Origin: an uncultured virus (IMG/VR IMGVR_UViG_3300010283_000001)
Lineage: Duplodnaviria > Heunggongvirae > Uroviricota > Caudoviricetes
DNA length: 21,394 nucleotides
Strand: one strand, 5' to 3'
Virus record (IMG/VR): IMGVR_UViG_3300010283_000001
Below, in pieces: positions 14,453-21,394 of this stretch (position 1 is its first letter; each line of letters opens with the position of its first letter). The translations under genes and the position numbers were made by a program. Below the pieces are notes generated by a model. That model had not been told where the DNA came from, searched no databases, and saw only the letters and a list, made by a program, of their open reading frames with translations.

Positions 14453-14911
14453 ATGCAAGAGGTTAAACATTATCCACATGGTCGTAGTTTTGTAGCTGTA
14501 TGGCATGTTCCTGCTCGTAATGAACTATTTTGCGCATCTTTTCATTATAAAGATGGACAATATTTCACCTATGACGAAACGATGGATGATTTTATCCCAG
14601 AGTGCGATCATGGGTATACACCAATGTTCTTTAAACGTATGAAAGCTCGTTTCTTCGTTACAGATGTTGATGGCGAACCTACTTGGCACATCGAAGAAGA
14701 TTGGCAAGATTCTGTGGATATTAAAGAAGCCCCAGAATGGGCTACACTACTGGTACACGTCAAAACCCCTACTCTTGACGTTATGGCGTGGGTTAATCAT
14801 GATGATACCCATTACCAATACATAAATGGTAGCACAGAGATTTCTGGTGAGATTATTGGTCGTTGGAAGCCTACGAATCAGGTTGCTATTGTCGGGTATA
14901 AGACAGTATAA
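14453..14911 (+). CDS. two-domain hypothetical protein, 152 aa
   Basis: Start moved to ATG14453 (TAAGGAGG); APEWAT motif in the C-terminal half. Confidence 0.9.
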   Translation: MQEVKHYPHGRSFVAVWHVPARNELFCASFHYKDGQYFTYDETMDDFIPECDHGYTPMFFKRMKARFFVTDVDGEPTWHIEEDWQDSVDIKEAPEWATLLVHVKTPTLDVMAWVNHDDTHYQYINGSTEISGEIIGRWKPTNQVAIVGYKTV

Positions 14912-14912
14912 T

Positions 14913-15107
14913 ATGAAAAATAGTGTAGATTGGGATGATTTATCCGATTTTGAAAAATGGTTCTTAGGTAGTGGTTGTTATGCAGATGGGGATCTCGAAA
15001 GAGATCCTTCTGGAAACTACACTATGCCATTAACCCAAGGTTTTTATGAGTGCTGGTGCGCAGCACAAAACAACGTACTGAATAAGGAGACAACACAATG
15101 CAATTAA
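14913..15107 (+). CDS. hypothetical protein, 64 aa
   Basis: Start moved to ATG14913; FEKW...LER...G.Y motif. Confidence 0.8.
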   Translation: MKNSVDWDDLSDFEKWFLGSGCYADGDLERDPSGNYTMPLTQGFYECWCAAQNNVLNKETTQCN

Positions 15108-15337
15108 ACATCGGACAACCAATTTTTGATGCAGATACTGGTCAATATGCAGTGATTGTTGCTCGTATGCGCGGTGATGACCTTATTGTTTCAGAACTAC
15201 TCGGATCAGATCCGCAACTGCGCGTAGTATGTGACCTATATCTTCGAGACGAAAGTGATCGCATTGCACTGAAAGAAGATGGTATGCTCTACTACACCTG
15301 GACTAGAGATCCTGGAGTAACGGAGGTAGAGGTATAA
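15098..15337 (+). CDS. hypothetical protein, 79 aa
   Basis: TAAGGAG SD. Confidence 0.85.
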   Translation: MQLNIGQPIFDADTGQYAVIVARMRGDDLIVSELLGSDPQLRVVCDLYLRDESDRIALKEDGMLYYTWTRDPGVTEVEV

Positions 15338-15636
15338 TGGTAAGGAATAGGGGTTTACATAAAAGAAGACACCTTACTTACTGGCATCGTAAAGTGCATG
15401 AACCTGTATCAAAGAAAGAATGGCAATATCTGCCTTATGGGAAGGAGCGAAGAAAGTATTTGTTAGCTCACTTAAGGGTACATGGTTCTCTTCCTGTTAA
15501 CAGCAAGTGGCAATTGCAAACAGCTTATGACGAAGATATGAAATATCTGTTAAAGAGAGGCATTATTTGCCTTGTTAAGATCGGACGATGGAAATCTCGT
15601 CAATCTTATATCGTACTTAAACAGGAGAAACGATGA
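15337..15636 (+). CDS. very basic hypothetical protein, 99 aa
   Basis: GAGGT SD; TAATG overlap; K/R-rich. Confidence 0.8.
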   Translation: MVRNRGLHKRRHLTYWHRKVHEPVSKKEWQYLPYGKERRKYLLAHLRVHGSLPVNSKWQLQTAYDEDMKYLLKRGIICLVKIGRWKSRQSYIVLKQEKR

Positions 15637-15884
15637 ATATCAAAGATGTTGTAGCATACGTAGAAGATGAAGTTAAAAACCATACAAGTTTACTGAAAGT
15701 AATGGTTGTGGTTAAAGATGGTATTGGACAAGTAAACGTACAACATGTCTTATCTGACACTGTATATAATGTGTTTGAATGTAAAGAAACACCTCATGGA
15801 GTACGTGTGGTTTATATTGATAACAATTTCAAAGAATGTGTGAGACATACCTTAGAAAATGAACTAAGGATCACAATCTTATGA
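15633..15884 (+). CDS. hypothetical protein, 83 aa
   Basis: AGGAG SD; ATGA overlap. Confidence 0.85.
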   Translation: MNIKDVVAYVEDEVKNHTSLLKVMVVVKDGIGQVNVQHVLSDTVYNVFECKETPHGVRVVYIDNNFKECVRHTLENELRITIL

Positions 15885-16054
15885 GTTATTATGTTGTACC
15901 TTATGCCAATAAGTGGAGAGTAAGAGAAACTTGTTTTCTATTCTCCTGGTGGGCTACGTTCGGAGATGGTTGTGGAAATGATACAGGAAAGCCTGTAGAG
16001 TACGACACAAAAGAAGAATGTGAACAGTGGATAAAATTAACACAAAGATGTTGA
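15881..16054 (+). CDS. hypothetical protein, 57 aa (MSYYVVPYANKW...)
   Basis: Manual translation; TAAGGA SD; ATGA overlap. Confidence 0.75.
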   Translation: MSYYVVPYANKWRVRETCFLFSWWATFGDGCGNDTGKPVEYDTKEECEQWIKLTQRC

Positions 16055-16079
16055 CACGATCTTAACTTCTTGTTAGTAT
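16051..16079 (+). promoter_or_regulatory. sigma70 promoter
   Basis: TTGACA-17-TAGTAT with TGn. Confidence 0.8.
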
Positions 16080-16107
16080 CAATGTGTACTAACGATAAGG
16101 AGGGTTT

Positions 16108-16332
16108 ATGAAGTCTGTAAACAAGTTGCAACAATTTTTGTTATCAACAGCAATCTTTTTGCTTTTGTTAATTGGTATTCTGTATGGTGCATCTAACTTA
16201 TACAATCTACATAATGATGTAGAACAGAATAAAGAGAAGTGCATCATTCTAAAACACAAGAAACAAGCAGAAGATTTCTTAAAGAATAAGTGTTACAACT
16301 ACATTGATTATGAGGAGACAAACAATGATTAA
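16108..16332 (+). CDS. membrane-anchored protein, paralogue family B, 74 aa
   Basis: TAAGGAGG SD; TM helix plus KE.CI.LKH...AE.FL...C. Confidence 0.9.
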   Translation: MKSVNKLQQFLLSTAIFLLLLIGILYGASNLYNLHNDVEQNKEKCIILKHKKQAEDFLKNKCYNYIDYEETNND

Positions 16333-16567
16333 AGAATTAGGTATGCGAGTATACAGTGAGTGGACTCCAAGCAATGGCCCAGGAGTTGTTGCAGCTAAAT
16401 GTATCAATGGTCGTATTGAGTACCTGGAAGGGTATGAAGATAATGAAGAATTAGTAGATTATGCTAAATCTTTTATTGAAGATGATACAGACTTTATTGT
16501 ATTATATGATACAGGAGAGTTAGAGTATGGATATGATGGAGATGGGGATATCTTTGAACTTCAATAA
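16325..16567 (+). CDS. highly acidic protein, 80 aa
   Basis: Start moved to ATG16325 (GAGGAG). Confidence 0.85.
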   Translation: MIKELGMRVYSEWTPSNGPGVVAAKCINGRIEYLEGYEDNEELVDYAKSFIEDDTDFIVLYDTGELEYGYDGDGDIFELQ

Positions 16568-16687
16568 GAGTAGTAAGTAAGGTATAAAGAGTATATAGTT
16601 AGTTATAGAGTTAGTAACATTACATATACTCTTTCCATGTATAACATGGAATATTCTCTACCTCGCTATCGCTCGGTATATAAGATT

Positions 16688-16716
16688 AGGGTAGCATGTT
16701 TTTTACGAAAAGTAAA
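16688..16716 (-). promoter_or_regulatory. possible antisense sigma70 promoter
   Basis: Minus strand TTTACT-17-TACCCT with TGn extension. Confidence 0.45.
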
Positions 16717-16774
16717 ACTGTTTATACCGATTGATAGCAGGTTTTTAATAGATTCTATCTATGAGGAGTAGAAA

Positions 16775-16993
16775 GTGTACAAATTATATAAAGGAAAAGA
16801 TAAGTTTACGGGTAATACATCTGGTTTCTATGTAACACCACGTGGCGTTGCCGTATTTGATTGGATTCCTGGTACTCCAGATCGTGAAATGATCTCTCTT
16901 GTAAAACTGTCGGAACAAGAGTACACTTACGGTGACATTACAACATTCTATTCTCGTGCAGAAAATCCAAAACTGATTGCGGAGTGGGAATAA
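16775..16993 (+). CDS. hypothetical protein, 72 aa (GTG start)
   Basis: GAGGAG SD. Confidence 0.85.
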   Translation: MYKLYKGKDKFTGNTSGFYVTPRGVAVFDWIPGTPDREMISLVKLSEQEYTYGDITTFYSRAENPKLIAEWE

Positions 16994-17256
16994 TGGTTAC
17001 ACGATATGATTTAGAGGTGTACAGCCAAGGTGCTGCTGGTCAATGTGATATTGTACCAGATCCAGGAGGAGACTATGTTCTTCTTGCTGATTACAACAAG
17101 CTAGAAGAAAGACTTCTGGCTGTGTATGCTAAAGAGAACAAAACAATCTGTCCTTATTGCAATGGAATGGGTTGGGTGGTTGCAGATGTTGGACAAATGT
17201 ATGAGTGTGTACCTTGTAAAACCACAGGCTTTATTGAAAAGGATACTGACAAATGA
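16993..17256 (+). CDS. family C domain plus DnaJ-type CxxCxGxG zinc finger, 87 aa
   Basis: Start moved to ATG16993; CPYCNGMG...CVPCKTTG. Confidence 0.85.
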   Translation: MVTRYDLEVYSQGAAGQCDIVPDPGGDYVLLADYNKLEERLLAVYAKENKTICPYCNGMGWVVADVGQMYECVPCKTTGFIEKDTDK

Positions 17257-17501
17257 CTGTAGCAGATAAAATGAGAGAACTGGCAGAAAACGCAGAACTT
17301 AACAAAGCAAAGGAGAGTTTACAAAACATCTACGCGTATATTGAAAGAGCAGCTAAAGATGGAGACAGAGAAGCCGCTATATACACGCTTTATCCAACTT
17401 TTGTAAAAGTTAGTTTGGATGCTGAAGGTTTTTCAACTTTTATTGATACAGAAACATCTCATTACGATGAAAACTTTACTCGAATAGTTATTCGATGGTA
17501 A
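17253..17501 (+). CDS. hypothetical protein, paralogue family D, 82 aa
   Basis: AAGGA SD; ATGA overlap. Confidence 0.85.
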   Translation: MTVADKMRELAENAELNKAKESLQNIYAYIERAAKDGDREAAIYTLYPTFVKVSLDAEGFSTFIDTETSHYDENFTRIVIRW

Positions 17502-17606
17502 ATTTCTGATATTTATGCGCCCTGGCTACCTGGGCGTAATAAATTCAGCTTATATTTGATCCGCGCCTTCGGCGCTTAGGCAAAGCCACGCCACATAGGA
17601 GAGTTT

Positions 17607-18017
17607 ATGTTCAAATGGTTAAAAGAGTTTCTAACATCTTTGGCAGAACCTAAGCAAGATGTTATTAAAAGCTCTATCACAGGAAAACCGCTTGTTATAG
17701 TTACAGGCGGCTTTGGTCATGGGTTTTCTCTTAAACAAACAGACATAGGTTTACAGGGATGTTTGATTAGTTTTAGAATCACTCAATTAGGAGATAATAG
17801 ACAAACAATCTTAGACCTTTTCAATGGGGAGTTTGATGATTATTTATCTAAGAGTGGTAAAGAACGTCTGATCGAACATATAAAACACCGCTATGAGCAT
17901 GGTGGTTACTACTTAGATACAAAACGTAATGCACAAGGTGATCTTGACATAGTTCGTATAGCGTGGGATAATGAATTTAAAACTAAACTTGGTAAACTTC
18001 TGGAGGAGTTATGGTAA
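17607..18017 (+). CDS. hypothetical protein, 136 aa
   Basis: AGGAG SD. Confidence 0.85.
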   Translation: MFKWLKEFLTSLAEPKQDVIKSSITGKPLVIVTGGFGHGFSLKQTDIGLQGCLISFRITQLGDNRQTILDLFNGEFDDYLSKSGKERLIEHIKHRYEHGGYYLDTKRNAQGDLDIVRIAWDNEFKTKLGKLLEELW

Positions 18018-18193
18018 ATATTAAAACAGGTGATATTGTACGTCTTGCCAGTGAAGAAATGTTAATGACTGTAATGGTATCTACCTATGATACTTGCGAA
18101 GTGGTATGGTTTGATGTTAATGAACAACTACAGAAAGCTACATTTGATAAACGTATGCTTCGTAAATTTGAAGAAGTGAAGGAGGAAGAATAA
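18011..18193 (+). CDS. YodC/DUF2158-like small beta-barrel protein, 60 aa
   Basis: GGAGG SD; pattern GDIVRL.S....MTV......EVVWFD......F....L matches recalled DUF2158 signature. Confidence 0.75.
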   Translation: MVNIKTGDIVRLASEEMLMTVMVSTYDTCEVVWFDVNEQLQKATFDKRMLRKFEEVKEEE

Positions 18194-18194
18194 T

Positions 18195-18407
18195 ATGACA
18201 ATGTTGCTTCGTATGTTTGTGTTTCTTATGTTCTGGATTATCGTTGGTAACGGTATTGTGTTTTTGATTTTTCCTGAAGTAATGACAGGTAATGAAAATA
18301 AGGCAGTGCCTTACATTATGCTTATCGGTTACGGTATTGGTACACTCGGATTACTGTTTGCTGACTGGTTAGTCAATACTTTGTTCTCTAAGTACAGGAA
18401 CAACTAA
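18195..18407 (+). CDS. two-TM membrane protein, 70 aa
   Basis: GGAGG SD; two hydrophobic segments. Confidence 0.85.
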   Translation: MTMLLRMFVFLMFWIIVGNGIVFLIFPEVMTGNENKAVPYIMLIGYGIGTLGLLFADWLVNTLFSKYRNN

Positions 18408-18408
18408 T

Positions 18409-18681
18409 ATGTCGGAAAAATTACCTAATGTTTTCTTTTGTTTTGTAGATTGTGTTACACAAGAAATTATAGTTGACGAAGAAGGTATGTTTACTTATTT
18501 TGCATCTGAAGAAGAGGCAAAACTGTCAGCTATGAAATGTATAAGCCAATTGTCAGTACCTGCTGTCAACAGGTTCGGTATTGCACAGGTGTATAAAACA
18601 GTAACAGAGTTTACACCAGATCGAAAACTAACTTTTCTTAACGTTCACTTTGTTTGTAAGTTTAGTGAACTACGACATTAA
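18409..18681 (+). CDS. hypothetical protein, 90 aa
   Basis: AGGA SD. Confidence 0.8.
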   Translation: MSEKLPNVFFCFVDCVTQEIIVDEEGMFTYFASEEEAKLSAMKCISQLSVPAVNRFGIAQVYKTVTEFTPDRKLTFLNVHFVCKFSELRH

Positions 18682-18694
18682 ATCAGGAGTGAAA

Positions 18695-19294
18695 ATGAAA
18701 GAATATTGGAGTGGTGAGAAGGGCTTACTAAAGCCAGGAATGCTTTTGCGAGTGAAGAACATGTTGATCACACAAGATTACATAATGCCTAATCCTGGAG
18801 CATTAGTAGAATTCCTTACTGCGCGAGATCAACCTGGGGTTGGTGAAATGTGGATTGTAACGTGGATATCTCTCGATGGTAAATTGCGCGTTGCTCCTAT
18901 TGACCCAAAACACCTAGAATCTCCTTACGCCAGTATTGATCCTCGGATCATAGATTTGGCTAGAGTTTATAAAGCTCGTACTGGTGTAGAATTAAATGTG
19001 GAAATTTTAAATCAATGTATTGACTTCTTACCGGAAAAAGTGCATAATGCACAACAAGAAGGTAACGGTTTAGAAGTTGTTCTTCTTAATGATGGGATGT
19101 TCTCTGGTTTGGCATCCGTAGATTTTCCAATAACATTAAGATTGTTACCTGGAGAATATGTACTGGATGAAGATACTATTGCTATATCCTCTAAAATTTT
19201 AGAACTCATTCCAGGTGCAAGGTGTGTTGGTGATACATCTTCCTTGCTGTTTACTCTGAATGAAGAAGCCATTATAGTTAAAAAGGAGAAGTAA
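18695..19294 (+). CDS. two-domain hypothetical protein, 199 aa
   Basis: Start moved to ATG18695 (AGGAG). Confidence 0.85.
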   Translation: MKEYWSGEKGLLKPGMLLRVKNMLITQDYIMPNPGALVEFLTARDQPGVGEMWIVTWISLDGKLRVAPIDPKHLESPYASIDPRIIDLARVYKARTGVELNVEILNQCIDFLPEKVHNAQQEGNGLEVVLLNDGMFSGLASVDFPITLRLLPGEYVLDEDTIAISSKILELIPGARCVGDTSSLLFTLNEEAIIVKKEK

Positions 19295-19399
19295 ATGATG
19301 ACGTTTATTGTTGGTGTTGTTGTTGGTTATTTTGGTCACAAGTACCAGGATGTTATCATCGCTAAAGTTGACGAAGTAATCGAAAAATTTAAACACTAA
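19295..19399 (+). CDS. small membrane-associated peptide, 34 aa
   Basis: Manual: MMTFIVGVVVGYFGHKYQDVIIAKVDEVIEKFKH; AAGGAG SD. Confidence 0.75.
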   Translation: MMTFIVGVVVGYFGHKYQDVIIAKVDEVIEKFKH

Positions 19400-19407
19400 T
19401 TTTTAAA

Positions 19408-19435
19408 AGGCTGTACTGCTGTGCAGCCTATCTTT
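19408..19435 (+). terminator. weak terminator-like hairpin
   Basis: AGGCTGTAC-TGCT-GTGCAGCCT then ATCTTT. Confidence 0.45.
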
Positions 19436-19449
19436 CAAAGGAGAGTAAA

Positions 19450-19623
19450 ATGTTCAAAGATACCAATTATAAATGTGTACATTGTGGTAAATCTTTTGGT
19501 GATCACAAAGCTAAAACATTCAATTGTCCACGAAAAGGGCGGGGTAGCTTTAAAGGTTTTAATCCATCCCACGTTTATTCTCCCAACTACGAGAAACCAG
19601 AAGAAGAAAAATTTGTAATCTGA
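19450..19623 (+). CDS. small putative zinc-finger protein, 57 aa
   Basis: Manual: MFKDTNYKCVHCGKSFGDHKAKTFNCP...; AAGGAG SD; CxxC-x6-H-x6-C. Confidence 0.85.
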   Translation: MFKDTNYKCVHCGKSFGDHKAKTFNCPRKGRGSFKGFNPSHVYSPNYEKPEEEKFVI

Positions 19624-19632
19624 GGAGGCAAT

Positions 19633-19920
19633 ATGGAACTAGTGCAAGAAGTTTATGAAAAACTGAAAGAAGAGAATCTTGATTGGCCTGAACATGCTCT
19701 TATTGTCGTCAAAGATACTAATGGTGAAATAAAATTCTCAAGTGTAAGTGAAGATGATGTTGTTTTAAGTCCTACAGGATATTATATGAGAGGTGTTACG
19801 TGTCTATTCAACACCAAAGTGTATCCTGAAATTAAACTTAGTTACGGTGAACCTGATCATCCAGAAATCGTTACACGTAATGAATATGAAAATTATTATT
19901 TTGCTCGTGAAAGCAAATAA
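19633..19920 (+). CDS. hypothetical protein, 95 aa
   Basis: GAGGAGG SD; WPEHA..VKD.NGE motif. Confidence 0.85.
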   Translation: MELVQEVYEKLKEENLDWPEHALIVVKDTNGEIKFSSVSEDDVVLSPTGYYMRGVTCLFNTKVYPEIKLSYGEPDHPEIVTRNEYENYYFARESK

Positions 19921-19928
19921 GGAAAACT

Positions 19929-20252
19929 ATGCAAAAAATAAACACTGGTTCTCGTCCTAAACAGAAGCAAACAAAAGCAAGGGTATCTTATGTTGACAAC
20001 TCTTGTTATAATTTCAAAAATGTTAAAGAAGTTATCATTGATGAAAAAGAAGGTTTGATTCACATTTCATCTGAACGTTTGAAAGGTAGTGTTACTCTTC
20101 GTGAGAATGTATCTATACCTATGAAAGTTGTGGCTACACTCTGTGTTGATAAACCAGATGTTGTTAACTACTATGTGTTCCGTGATAGTTGTATTTCATT
20201 ACATAATAAGATTTTTAAATCTTCGCACGTTAAAACAAAACACATTGTATAA
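19929..20252 (+). CDS. hypothetical protein, 107 aa
   Basis: TAAGGA SD. Confidence 0.85.
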   Translation: MQKINTGSRPKQKQTKARVSYVDNSCYNFKNVKEVIIDEKEGLIHISSERLKGSVTLRENVSIPMKVVATLCVDKPDVVNYYVFRDSCISLHNKIFKSSHVKTKHIV

Positions 20253-20257
20253 CACAT

Positions 20258-20282
20258 AAACCCGCTTCGGCGGGTTTTCTTG
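20258..20282 (+). terminator. Rho-independent terminator (UUCG loop)
   Basis: AAACCCGC-TTCG-GCGGGTTTTCTT. Confidence 0.9.
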
Positions 20283-20326
20283 TATGTGTGTTTTTATTTG
20301 TCTTAGCATAAACAATAGGAGGTATT

Positions 20327-20548
20327 ATGTCTGTAGTTGTAGAAGGTAGTATTGGTTTCTTAGTAGATAACCCTCACCCTTTCGTGGTTAAGGTTCATAT
20401 TCAAGAAAAGGTAAGCAACAATACGTGGTTGTGCTTGTTAGATAGTAAGATACACTCTTATACAGAGGTTTATCTTCATACTTGGCAAATTGGTACGATA
20501 ACAGCAGAGGATGAATTGATAATTGAATTATATGAACGAGATCTATAG
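20327..20548 (+). CDS. hypothetical protein, 73 aa
   Basis: AGGAGGT SD. Confidence 0.85.
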   Translation: MSVVVEGSIGFLVDNPHPFVVKVHIQEKVSNNTWLCLLDSKIHSYTEVYLHTWQIGTITAEDELIIELYERDL

Positions 20549-20623
20549 ATGACTTTACTAGAGAGTATCGTAGTGTTAATCATCTTTATCATTGTTGTCA
20601 TAGGATATTTTACAGAAGACTAA
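20549..20623 (+). CDS. possible 24-aa membrane peptide
   Basis: Manual: MTLLESIVVLIIFIIVVIGYFTED; abuts the previous stop; weak SD. Confidence 0.45.
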   Translation: MTLLESIVVLIIFIIVVIGYFTED

Positions 20624-20626
20624 AAT

Positions 20627-20661
20627 AAAGCCCCTAGAAGCGATTCTAGGGGCTTTTGTTT
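20627..20661. terminator. bidirectional terminator between convergent gene runs
   Basis: AAAGCCCCTAGAA-GCGA-TTCTAGGGGCTTT, 13-bp stem. Confidence 0.9.
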
Positions 20662-20723
20662 GCATTAGATAGGGAAACGTATTACTAAAATAAAAAGTGC
20701 GTTAGAATGCGTTACAGGAGGTT

Positions 20724-20981
20724 TTAAGAATGCATAAAATCTTCTTCAGGGCAGGTTGAGAGATAAGAGATGCACGTTGGGACAACAACAACATTATCTT
20801 TAAGGTTTGCAACCAAGCCTTTTGTAATTCCAGCCACTGCCCCGTTAATATCTGCTTGACGGATACCAAAACCTTGTTGTGCGGATAGATAACAAAATCC
20901 CTCACCTTTCTGTTGATTATTATTGAAGTAATAAACGTAGTGCATCATAAAATGGTCTTTAACGATTTGTTCTGTGGTCAT
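20724..20981 (-). CDS. hypothetical protein, 85 aa
   Basis: ORF track; AGGAG SD on the minus strand. Confidence 0.85.
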   Translation of the reverse strand: MTTEQIVKDHFMMHYVYYFNNNQQKGEGFCYLSAQQGFGIRQADINGAVAGITKGLVANLKDNVVVVPTCISYLSTCPEEDFMHS

Positions 20982-20994
20982 AATATTCTCCTAT

Positions 20995-21017
20995 AAGAAA
21001 AGGGGCTTTCGCCCCTT
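20995..21017 (-). terminator. Rho-independent terminator after Sir2
   Basis: Minus strand AAGGGGC-GAAA-GCCCCTTTTCTT. Confidence 0.85.
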
Positions 21018-21024
21018 GGTCAAG

Positions 21025-21394
21025 TTACTTAGTCAAATGATCTTCTATCATTTTTATGAAAGCAGGATTGCTAAAAGCATCTGCTGCCTTTTCTCTGTAA
21101 ACAAAGACTCCTCTATCTTCGTAAAGAAGAGTTTCTTCGTAATTAATTCCTGGGTTAACAACAATCATTTTTGTACCCATATTAAGTGCAGGGAATAATT
21201 CCCAATTAAAATTGATAACTTGGTTTGAACATCCTACTACAACAACCAAATCTTGCATGGTCAAAGTATCAAACAAGTGAGCCATATCTGCATACAAAGG
21301 TGCAGCCTCACCAAAAAATACAACATTAGGCTTCACCCAGTTATAATCATCTATGTTTATACTATTGTAACCAATGTCTACCAGTGTTTTGTAA
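21025..21394 (-). CDS. Sir2/CobB-family NAD-dependent deacylase, C-terminal part (5' end outside the window)
   Basis: KPNVVFFGE.AP.Y, VVVGCSNQV and IVVNP sirtuin motifs; frame stays open to the window edge. Confidence 0.9.
   Translation of the reverse strand, partial: YKTLVDIGYNSINIDDYNWVKPNVVFFGEAAPLYADMAHLFDTLTMQDLVVVVGCSNQVINFNWELFPALNMGTKMIVVNPGINYEETLLYEDRGVFVYREKAADAFSNPAFIKMIEDHLTK

Noticed and set aside
556..19396. Minus-strand ORFs in the track (e.g. 556-759, 1121-1390, 2687-2938, 8774-9079, 13605-13984, 19012-19272)
   Set aside because: Shadows of well-supported + strand genes, without clear SD sites or protein-like features
19421..19618. 65-aa ORF in the track
   Set aside because: The overlapping frame 19450..19623 has the SD and a zinc-finger motif
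20702..21198. ORFs 20702-20905 (-) and 20974-21198 (+)
   Set aside because: They overlap the better-supported 20724-20981 and Sir2 genes

Overview
The window looks like part of a large lytic phage genome infecting an enterobacterium. It has dense, co-oriented small hypothetical genes, near-consensus sigma70 promoters and a Sir2/CobB-family gene at the right edge. The layout recalls rV5/PVP-SE1/phi92/T5-type phages, but the exact group cannot be assigned by eye. There are three zones. (1) 1-6355 is a host-takeover-like block with about 13 sigma70 promoters, most followed 9-12 nt after the -10 by a GC-rich hairpin (type sequence GGCGGGAAA-TGG-TTTCCCGCC) and then one or a few small genes, including a T7 gp1.1-like peptide; three near-identical terminators punctuate it. 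(2) 6356-8089 is a ~1.7 kb gene-free region with four Fur-box matches, consensus IHF sites, OxyR-type ATAG-N7-CTAT motifs, a G-poor strand-biased tract, a ~320 nt nest of inverted repeats and G-run repeats. It is a candidate genome end, injection-control or origin region that may recruit host iron/redox regulators. (3) 8090-20623 is a long run of small + strand genes with several paralogue families and two structured intergenic elements, ending at a bidirectional terminator that faces two minus-strand genes (a hypothetical and the 3' part of Sir2). No tRNA, rRNA, CRISPR array or IS was seen. All calls and counts were made by eye without database searches.
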